The notes beneath the pieces were generated by a model. The model did no database searches, was not told the DNA's origin, and worked only from the letters and a program-made list of their open reading frames with translations. From the NCBI GenBank assembly GCA_964016885.1, contig OZ024763.1, positions 23,374,001 through 23,438,000 of the forward strand: DNA of 64,000 bases. Direction: 5' to 3'. Origin of the DNA: Eledone cirrhosa. Its lineage: Eukaryota. The position numbers and the translations under genes were made by a program. Of this stretch, positions 45,520 to 54,263 are shown one piece after another. The stretch's first letter is position 1. Each line of letters starts with the position of its first letter.

Positions 45520-46415
45520 CAGCATCACCATCAGCAACATCATCATCATCACCACCAGCCGCATCACCTTCAGCAGCACCACTATAACCATGCTCACCAC
45601 TATCACCACCAGCAGCAGCACCACTATAACCATGCTCACCACTATCACCACCAGCAGCAGCATCGCTATAACCATGGTCACCACCATCACCACCAGCAGC
45701 AGCATCGCTATAACCATGGTCACCACCATCACCACCAGCAGCAGCATCGCTATAACCATGCTCACCACCATCACCACCAGCAGCATCGCTATAACCATGC
45801 TCACCACCATCACCACCAACAGCAGTATCGCTATAACCATGCTCACCACCATCACCACCAACAGCAGTATCGCTATAACCATGCTCACCACCATCACCAC
45901 CAGCAGCATCGCTATAACCATGGTCACCACCATCACCACCAACAGCAGTATCGCTATAACCATGCTCACCACCATCACCACCAGCAGCATCGCTATAACC
46001 ATGCTCACCACCATCACCACCAGCAGCATCGCTATAACCATGGTCACCACCATCATTAGCGGCATCAGCAACAGGAGTATCACCACTGCCATCACCACCA
46101 CTACAGCAATCATCACCACTACCACCACCCTTACCAACATCACAGCCATCATCACCACCACCACACCACACCATCACACCACACCACCACTGCAGCCATC
46201 ATCACCACCACCCTTACCACCACCCTTACCACCACAACCACCACCACCATCATCCACCCTCACCACCATCATCCCCCCTCACCACCACCACCACTACCAC
46301 CCTTACCACCACTACAGATCACCACCACCACTATCACCTCCACCACCCTTAGCACGACTACAGCCACCACCACCACAACCACCACTACTACAACCATCAT
46401 CACCATCATCATCAG
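45520..46415. repeat. 39/42-bp minisatellite grading into (CAC/CAT)n microsatellite
   Basis: Unit GCTATAACCATGCTCACCACCATCACCACCAGCAGCATC, ~12 copies. Confidence 0.9.
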
Positions 46416-46501
46416 TATTGCTTTAAAAATAAAATAATAATTTGAACTAACAGCCAAAAAAAACAAAAAACATATATATATCTTTTATTTATTTTACCCA
46501 G

Positions 46502-49500
46502 AAACGCCTTCACTATTTGACACTTCTTATCTCTGAACTAAAGAGGTTGAGCGCCCATCCGTTGGTCTCCAGTGAAAAGCAGGACAGTTACAAACAGTTC
46601 TGTGATTGGTATGGAAAAGTGATGAATAATCTGGAAAGAAACTCCTTGTCTAAGGTTCATCTCCTGGAACTTCCCTTCACCTGTCTTCCATGTCGAGAAA
46701 TCGTCAAGTTTAAAATATGTGACGAAGATATCTATGTCAAAAGTCTCTGCAACATTTATTCCCAGAGAGTTTCTAGACAGCATGCGATTTTGTTTGACTC
46801 TGTTTCTCAGAAAGTTTACGAAGAGCAGGCCACACAGCTACAACATGGGTTACCTCCCCTTGCTGCTCCTTTTTCCGAGAGAGTTTGCAAAGAGCAGGAA
46901 ATTCAGCTACAGCATGGATTACCTCCCCCTCGGTGTGTTTCCGAGAGAGTTTACAAAGACCAGGCAATGCAGCTACATCATAAGTTATCTCCCCCTGCTT
47001 CTGTTTCCGAGAGAGTTTACAAAGGACAGGAAATTCAGCTACAACATGGATTACCTCCCTCTCGTGTTTCCGAGAGAGTTTACCAAGAGCAGGCCATACA
47101 GTTACATGAGTTATCTCCCCCTGCTTCTACTTCTCAGAGATTTTACAGAGACCAGGCAATGCAGCTACATGGTTTATCTTCTGTTTACCAAGAGCAAGCC
47201 ACACTGCTACAACATGGATTACCTCCCCCTGCCGCTCCTGTTTCCGAGGGAATTTACAAAGAACAGGAAATTCAGCTACAACATGGGTTATCTCCCTTTG
47301 CTGCTCCTGTTTTCGAGAGAGTTTACAAAGAGCAGACAACACATGGGTTATCTCCCCCTGCTTCTGTTTCTCAGAGAGTTTACTACAAAGAAGAGGAAAT
47401 TCAGCTACAACATGGATTACCTCCCTCTCATGTTTCCGAGAGAGTTTACCAAGAGCAGGCCATACAGTTACAACATGAGTTATCTCCCCCTGCTTCTACT
47501 TCTCAGAGATTTTACAGAGACCAGGCAATGCAGCTACATGGGTTATCTTCTCCTGTTTCCCAGAAAGTTTACCAAGAGCAAGCCACACTGCTACAACATG
47601 GGTTACCTCCTGCTGCCGCTCCTGTTTCAGAGAGATTTTACAAAGACCAGGCAATGCAGCTACATGAGTTATCTTCTCCTGTTTCTGAGAAAGTTCACCA
47701 AGAGCAGGAAATGCTGTTACCACATGGCTTACTTCCCTCTGCTTCTGTTTCCGAGAGAGTTTACAAAGGAGAGGAAATTCAGCTACAACATGGATTACCT
47801 CCCTCTCGTGTTTCCGAGAGAGTTTACCAAGAGCAGGCCATACAGTTACAACATGAGTTATCTCCCCCTGCTTCTACTTCTCAGAGATTTTACAGAGACC
47901 AGGCAATGCAGCTACATGGTTTATCTTCTGTTTACCAAGAGCAAGCCACACTGCTACAACATGGCTTACCTCCCCCTGCCGCTCCTGTTTCCGAGGGAAT
48001 TTACAAAGACCAGGCAATGCAGCTACATGTGTTATCTTCTCCTGTTTCTGAGAAAGTTCACCAAGAGCAGGAAATGCTGTTACCACATGGCTTACTTCCC
48101 TCTGCTGTTTCCGAGAGAGTTTACAAAGGACAGGAAATTCACCTACAACATGGATTACCTCCCTCTCGTGTTTCCGAGAGAGTTTACCAAGAGCAGGCCA
48201 TACAGTTACAACATGAGTTATCTCCCCCTGCTTCTACTTCTCAGAAATTTTACAGAGACCAGGCAATGCAGCTACATGGTTTATCTTCTCCTGTTTCCCA
48301 GAAAGTTTACCAAGAGCAAGCCACACTGCTACAACATGGGTTACCTCCCGCTTCCGCTCCTGTTTCCGAGGGAATTTACAAAGACCAGGCAATGCAGCTA
48401 CATGTGTTATCTTCTCCTGTTTCTGAGAAAGTTCACCAAGAGCAGGAAATGCTGTTACCACATGGCTTACTTCCCTCTGCTTCTGTTTCCGAGAGAGTTT
48501 ACAAAGGACAGGAAATTCAGCTACAACATGGATTACCTCCCTCTCGTGTTTCCGAGAGAGTTTACCAAGAGCAGGCCATACAGTTACATCAGTTATCTCC
48601 CCCTGCTTCTACTTCTCAGAGATTTTACAGAGACCAGGCAATGCAGCTACATGGGTTATCTTCTCCTGTTTCCCAGAAAGTTTACCAAGAGCAAGCCACA
48701 CTGCTACAACATGGGTTACCTCCTGCTGCCGCTCCTGTTTCAGAGAGATTTTACAAAGACCAGGCAATGCAGCTACATGAGTTATCTTCTCCTGTTTCTG
48801 AGAAAGTTCACCAAGAGCAGGAAATGCTGTTACCACATGGCTTACTTCCCTCTGCTTCTGTTTCCGAGAGAGTTTACAAAGGAGAGGAAATTCAGCTACA
48901 ACATGGATTACCTCCCTCTCGTGTTTCCGAGAGAGTTTACCAAGAGCAGGCCATACAGTTACAACATGAGTTATCTCCCCCTGCTTCTACTTCTCAGAGA
49001 TTTTACAGAGACCAGGCAATGCAGCTACATGGTTTATCTTCTGTTTACCAAGAGCAAGCCACACTGCTACAACATGGCTTACCTCCCCCTGCCGCTCCTG
49101 TTTCCGAGGGAATTTACAAAGACCAGGCAATGCAGCTACATGTGTTATCTTCTCCTGTTTCTGAGAAAGTTCACCAAGAGCAGGAAATGCTGTTACCACA
49201 TGGCTTACTTCCCTCTGCTGTTTCCGAGAGAGTTTACAAAGGACAGGAAATTCACCTACAACATGGATTACCTCCCTCTCGTGTTTCCGAGAGAGTTTAC
49301 CAAGAGCAGGCCATACAGTTACAACATGAGTTATCTCCCCCTGCTTCTACTTCTCAGAAATTTTACAGAGACCAGGCAATGCAGCTACATGGTTTATCTT
49401 CTCCTGTTTCCCAGAAAGTTTACCAAGAGCAAGCCACACTGCTACAACATGGGTTACCTCCCGCTTCCGCTCCTGTTTCCGAGGGAATTTACAAAGACCA

Positions 49501-51871
49501 GGCAATGCAGCTACATGTGTTATCTTCTCCTGTTTCTGAGAAAGTTCACCAAGAGCAGGAAATGCTGTTACCACATGGCTTACTTCCCTCTGCTTCTGTT
49601 TCCGAGAGAGTTTACAAAGGACAGGAAATTCAGCTACAACATGGATTACCTCCCTCTCGTGTTTCCGAGAGAGTTTACCAAGAGCAGGCCATACAGTTAC
49701 ATCAGTTATCTCCCCCTGCTTCTACTTCTCAGAGATTTTACAGAGACCAGGCAATGCAGCTACATGGGTTATCTTCTCCTGTTTCCCAGAAAGTTTACCA
49801 AGAGCAAGCCACACTGCTACAACATGGGTTACCTCCTGCTGCCGCTCCTGTTTCAGAGAGATTTTACAAAGACCAGGCAATGCAGCTACATGAGTTATCT
49901 TCTCCTGTTTCTGAGAAAGTTCACCAAGAGCAGGAAATTCTGTTACCACATGGCTTACTTCCCTCTGCTTCTGTTTCCGAGAGAGTTTACAAAGGACAGG
50001 AAATTCAGCTACAACATGGATTACCTCCCTCTCGTGTTTCCGAGAGAGTTTACCAAGAGCAGGCCATACAGTTACAACATGAGTTATCTCCCCCTGCTTC
50101 TACTTCTCAGAGATTTTACAGAGACCAGGCAATGCAGCTACATGGTTTATCTTCTGTTTACCAAGAGCAAGCCACACTGCTACAACATGGGTTACCTCCC
50201 CCTGCCGCTCCTGTTTCCGAGGGAATTTACAAAGACCAGGCAATGCAGCTACATGTGTTATCTTCTCCTGTTTCTGAGAAAGTTCACCAAGAGCAGGAAA
50301 TGCTGTTACCACATGGCTTACTTCCCTCTGCTGTTTCCGAGAGAGTTTACAAAGGACAGGAAATTCACCTACAACATGGATTACCTCCCTCTCGTGTTTC
50401 CGAGAGAGTTTACCAAGAGCAGGCCATACAGTTACAACATGAGTTATCTCCCCCTGCTTCTACTTCTCAGAAATTTTACAGAGACCAGGCAATGCAGCTA
50501 CATGGGTTATCTTCTCCTGTTTCCCAGAAAGTTTACCAAGAGCAAGCCACACTGCTACAACATGGGTTACCTCCCGCTTCCGCTCCTGTTTCCGAGGGAA
50601 TTTACAAAGACCAGGCAATGCAGCTACATGTGTTATCTTCTCCTGTTTCTGAGAAAGTTCACCAAGAGCAGGAAATGCTGTTACCACATGGCTTACTTCC
50701 CTCTGCTTCTGTTTCCGAGAGAGTTTACAAAGGACAGGAAATTCAGCTACAACATGGATTACCTCCCTCTCGTGTTTCCGAGAGAGTTTACCAAGAGCAG
50801 GCCATACAGTTGCAACATGGGTTACTTCCTTCTCGTGTTCCTGAGAAAGTTTACCAAGAACAGGAAATGCAACTACATCATAACTTACCTCCTGTTTCCG
50901 AGAGAAGGGCAATGCAGGCAAAACATAAGTTATCTTCCCCTGTTCCTCCTTCTCAGAGACTTTTCAAAGAACAGGCAATGCAGCTACAATATGGGTTATC
51001 TTCTGTTTCCCAGAAAGTTGACAATGAACAGGCCATACAGTTACAACATGAGTTATATCCCCCTGCTTCTGTTTCTCAGCGAGTTTACAATGAACAGGCA
51101 ATGCAGTTACAACATGGGTTATCTCCCTTTTCCGCTCCTGTTCCTGAGAGAGTTTACAAAGTGCAGGCAATGCAGACAAAACATGGGTTACCTCCCCCTG
51201 ATTCTCCTGTTTCTCACAGAGAGGCAATGCAATTCCGCCATGGATTATCTCCTTCTGTCTACCATAAATTTCAGTCTCAATGTCTTCCGGCTAACATCAG
51301 CTACATGAATGATGATTTCACAAACATTGCTTCCAATGTTTCCATAGGACATGAGTTGTCTCTACCCAATATCTCACTCTTGAAAAATGATGTCAATGTT
51401 GGGAGTTTTTCTAAAAGTAAAAGTGAAGCCGGAATGAATTCTAACGTGCAACCATTTAGTAATTTTGAGGAAACAAAAATGGAAAAATATGTACTAGTTC
51501 CCAATTTTGATAAAGACAAAATTCTTCCAACAAACGAAAATCTAAAGAATTCAGACATCGTGCCTTTTCCATCCACACTAAACGATAAATCTGACTATTC
51601 TAACTTCTATCCCACTGCCTGCAAAACCCCCAAAAGTGATCATATAATGTCTTTTACCAGCCTTGAGAAAAAACCCATTGCTGGATTTGGTGCTTTGCAT
51701 GAAGGGGAAGTCCCTAGTTTTTCGTTTCCTGAAGTGTCTGATCAATATTCCTTAGAGGCTCTTTTAGCATTGTCTTGTTCAGGTCAATACTCTGGAGATT
51801 TCCAAACAGATGAAAGACGTTCTGGAGAGTTCCAGTCACTCAGGGGACAACCGATTGAACATAATGATTGA
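46502..51871 (+). CDS. Host gene terminal exon i: ~100 aa unique, ~1490 aa tandem repeat, ~200 aa tail
   Basis: Acceptor ttttacccag|AAA in phase 0, in frame with ORF 46517-51871; encodes KRLHYLTLLISELKRL...; stop TGA; AATAAA at 51961 and ~53030-53046. Confidence 0.8.
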   Translation, partial: KRLHYLTLLISELKRLSAHPLVSSEKQDSYKQFCDWYGKVMNNLERNSLSKVHLLELPFTCLPCREIVKFKICDEDIYVKSLCNIYSQRVSRQHAILFDSVSQKVYEEQATQLQHGLPPLAAPFSERVCKEQEIQLQHGLPPPRCVSERVYKDQAMQLHHKLSPPASVSERVYKGQEIQLQHGLPPSRVSERVYQEQAIQLHELSPPASTSQRFYRDQAMQLHGLSSVYQEQATLLQHGLPPPAAPVSEGIYKEQEIQLQHGLSPFAAPVFERVYKEQTTHGLSPPASVSQRVYYKEEEIQLQHGLPPSHVSERVYQEQAIQLQHELSPPASTSQRFYRDQAMQLHGLSSPVSQKVYQEQATLLQHGLPPAAAPVSERFYKDQAMQLHELSSPVSEKVHQEQEMLLPHGLLPSASVSERVYKGEEIQLQHGLPPSRVSERVYQEQAIQLQHELSPPASTSQRFYRDQAMQLHGLSSVYQEQATLLQHGLPPPAAPVSEGIYKDQAMQLHVLSSPVSEKVHQEQEMLLPHGLLPSAVSERVYKGQEIHLQHGLPPSRVSERVYQEQAIQLQHELSPPASTSQKFYRDQAMQLHGLSSPVSQKVYQEQATLLQHGLPPASAPVSEGIYKDQAMQLHVLSSPVSEKVHQEQEMLLPHGLLPSASVSERVYKGQEIQLQHGLPPSRVSERVYQEQAIQLHQLSPPASTSQRFYRDQAMQLHGLSSPVSQKVYQEQATLLQHGLPPAAAPVSERFYKDQAMQLHELSSPVSEKVHQEQEMLLPHGLLPSASVSERVYKGEEIQLQHGLPPSRVSERVYQEQAIQLQHELSPPASTSQRFYRDQAMQLHGLSSVYQEQATLLQHGLPPPAAPVSEGIYKDQAMQLHVLSSPVSEKVHQEQEMLLPHGLLPSAVSERVYKGQEIHLQHGLPPSRVSERVYQEQAIQLQHELSPPASTSQKFYRDQAMQLHGLSSPVSQKVYQEQATLLQHGLPPASAPVSEGIYKDQAMQLHVLSSPVSEKVHQEQEMLLPHGLLPSASVSERVYKGQEIQLQHGLPPSRVSERVYQEQAIQLHQLSPPASTSQRFYRDQAMQLHGLSSPVSQKVYQEQATLLQHGLPPAAAPVSERFYKDQAMQLHELSSPVSEKVHQEQEILLPHGLLPSASVSERVYKGQEIQLQHGLPPSRVSERVYQEQAIQLQHELSPPASTSQRFYRDQAMQLHGLSSVYQEQATLLQHGLPPPAAPVSEGIYKDQAMQLHVLSSPVSEKVHQEQEMLLPHGLLPSAVSERVYKGQEIHLQHGLPPSRVSERVYQEQAIQLQHELSPPASTSQKFYRDQAMQLHGLSSPVSQKVYQEQATLLQHGLPPASAPVSEGIYKDQAMQLHVLSSPVSEKVHQEQEMLLPHGLLPSASVSERVYKGQEIQLQHGLPPSRVSERVYQEQAIQLQHGLLPSRVPEKVYQEQEMQLHHNLPPVSERRAMQAKHKLSSPVPPSQRLFKEQAMQLQYGLSSVSQKVDNEQAIQLQHELYPPASVSQRVYNEQAMQLQHGLSPFSAPVPERVYKVQAMQTKHGLPPPDSPVSHREAMQFRHGLSPSVYHKFQSQCLPANISYMNDDFTNIASNVSIGHELSLPNISLLKNDVNVGSFSKSKSEAGMNSNVQPFSNFEETKMEKYVLVPNFDKDKILPTNENLKNSDIVPFPSTLNDKSDYSNFYPTACKTPKSDHIMSFTSLEKKPIAGFGALHEGEVPSFSFPEVSDQYSLEALLALSCSGQYSGDFQTDERRSGEFQSLRGQPIEHND
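46800..51260 (+). repeat. Coding tandem repeat: 19-23-aa units, 6-unit blocks (360-378 bp), 1113-bp higher-order repeat x~3
   Basis: Antisense ORF landmarks recur at exact 1113-bp offsets (47496/48609/49722; 47874/48987/50100; 48234/49347/50460). Confidence 0.95.
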
Positions 51872-52605
51872 CTAACTGAACAGAAAACTTACTCTGTCTT
51901 GAGAAAGTCAGGCTAGATATTGAAGTCTATTGCAGGTTATTCTATTGTTGGGTGATTTGTAATAAAGAGGACCCAATTCTGACATAACCTCAGTTCAACT
52001 AGTTTTAGAGAAACTGATAAATACAGGGGAACTTCATTTCACGAACTTAATTTATTCTTGAGAGAGAAATACAGATAGATATCACCACAATAACTAACTG
52101 CACAGCAAATGACGCTTTACTCCAAGCTTGTTGCCAACCTCTGTAGCCAGCTTGTGTGTTCTTTACTCGAGACTCCATTCGTCAATTGAGACAGTTTATG
52201 TTCGGAAAAATTGTTCTTGAGGAGAGGTGTTTGTGAACTGAGGTTCCAATGTACTAGGTTTTACTGTAGGGAAAAATTACTTGAAAGAGATTACCTTTGT
52301 CTCCAGAAAAAAATCATTTCTCAAACAAGATAACCTTTTATATTCCAATGTCATATATTGAACCAAGCTCAACTTGAACCTTGAACTATACAACTGTGAA
52401 CCCACTCTTTCAAGCCAAAATCAATTTGAATTTTATACAACTCTGAACTATCTTCTATATATTAATGTCATATATTTGAATCTCAAACTGGAGAACAGTG
52501 AACCTCTTCTCTATGTTACATATTTGCACCAAGCTCAACTTGAACCTCGAACTATACAACTGTGAGCCATCATCTATATTTCTCTGTCATCTATTTGAGC
52601 CAAGT

Positions 52606-52883
52606 TTAACCCTTTAGCATTCATATATATTTACTATATATATACTATATATTTACTATTATATATATATATATTTACTATATATATATACTATATATTT
52701 ACTATTGTATTTTTACAGAAATGGCTTTATCTCACATAATATTGAATATATGAGATTTTGTCGTTATTTATTTTGAGAACAATACCTTAACGTCGGTATG
52801 AGCAGCCGGTTATGACCGGTTTGAGCTTAAAGAGGTGAGAGAATTCTGACTGGATATAGCCGGTTTAAATGCTAAAGGGTTAA
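52606..52883. mobile_element. TTAA MITE copy F, unexpanded ~270-bp form
   Basis: TTAA-CCCTTTAGCATT ... AATGCTAAAGGG-TTAA; it splits a local CAAG(C/T)T(C/T)AACTTGA repeat unit, which supports a TTAA duplication. Confidence 0.9.
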
Positions 52884-53079
52884 CTTGAGCTTCAAGCTTA
52901 CACATCTATGAACCATCTTCTCAAGTTCATCATCTATTTGAATCAAACCTTCCTGCTCTATCACTAATTCCTTAACCCCCACCCCCTCCTAACATAAATT
53001 CACAAATCATTCATATTATTTACAATGTAAATAAAAACAAAATAAAGAATCATAATAAAAGCTTTATAAATTGAAATAT

Positions 53080-53505
53080 GACTTCCTGTGTGGTCTAAAA
53101 GTAAAGCTCTTCTGCTACTGGAGGTAATGTCAGTAATGTACCTTCCTTTTTCCTGTGAAATATGAACATGGAGCACTCTTGCTACTCAAGAAAGAATCAA
53201 CACAGCAACTTCCTGTGTGATCTAAAAATGGAGCTCTCTTGCTACTGGAGCTAGAGTTAATGCTGCCTTCCACTTCCTGTGTGTTTTAAAATGTATCTCT
53301 CTTGGTACTGAAGGTAGAGTTAATGCTGCCTTCCACTTACTGTGTGTTTTAAAAGGGAGCTCTCTTGCTACTGAAGGTAGAATCAACACATCTTCCACTT
53401 CCTGTGTGTTTTAAAATGGAGCTCTCTTGCTACTGAAGGTAGTCAACACTGTACTTTCATCTTACTGTGTGGTCAGAAAATGGAGTTCTCTTTTTACTGG
53501 TTGTC
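53080..53505. repeat. Diverged ~60-bp tandem repeat
   Basis: Recurrent CTTCCTGTGTG..TAAAATGGAGCTCTCTTGCTACTG. Confidence 0.75.
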
Positions 53506-53599
53506 ATATCAAAACTACCTGTGAAAATAGAGTTCTGCTAGTGAAGATAGTGTTAATACTCACTTGCTTCAACGCATTTAGAACATAAGCTGGCGACAT

Positions 53600-53955
53600 C
53601 TGCCTTTGAGAGAAATATATGCCGGCCTCCCACGCATATCTGTTGTTGTACGTAAAAGGAGAGTAAGATTTGCTGGCCACTGCCATCGTACCACTTATGA
53701 GGCTGTGTCCCCATTAGTGCTTTGGAAACCACAAGCAGTCACTAATAACAGAGGGTGCAAGCTCTCCTATCCTGATTTGCTGGCAAGTGCCATCGTACCA
53801 CCAATGAGGCTGTGTCCCCATTAGTGCTTTGGAAACCACAGCAGTCACTAATAACAGGAACCACAAGCTCTCCTATCCTGATGTCATCTCCAGAGATTCT
53901 GGTATATGGAGATCAATTGTTGAGACCATTTTAGCTGAAGCTGCCGGATGATGAC
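53600..53955 (+). mobile_element. Degenerate RTE-like 3' remnant with internal duplication
   Basis: VRKRRVRFAGHCHR..LVLWKP resembles the RTE C-terminal RRLR.AGH motif; it ends GATGATGA. Confidence 0.55.
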
Positions 53956-54198
53956 AATAAATTTAAATTTTAAATAAACAACTCATTGGGTATCGGTTCT
54001 CGCGGGCCAGGCAAAATCCCTTCGTGGGCTGGAGGTTGCTGACTCCTGTATTATAGTGTTGAGCATGCCATAGACACCTGAACTTTTAACAAAATTCTCG
54101 GGGAGATTCAGCTTGACTGACCCTTTGTATTTCAGCAAACCTTCAACCGTCAAGGTTGTTTTTTTACGGGTCTATCAACATTTATAAAACATATTTTG

Positions 54199-54263
54199 TA
54201 TTTTATCTGATGAAAGCGCACCAAAATTGCCTTGGTTGCCCTTGAAATATATATAATAAAATA
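54199..54263 (+). ncRNA. Minimal type I hammerhead ribozyme motif
   Basis: TATTTTAT-CTGATGA-AAGCGCACCAA-AATTGCC-TTGGTTGCCCTT-GAAAT-ATAT-ATA-ATAAAATA; paralogous to 40879-40939. Confidence 0.68.

Noticed and set aside
45401-46177. Minus-strand Gly/His-rich ORF (GGDGGEHGYSDAA)n resembling a structural protein
   Set aside because: It is a trinucleotide-derived minisatellite open in several frames on both strands, with no signal peptide or splice support, and it ends in a SINE.
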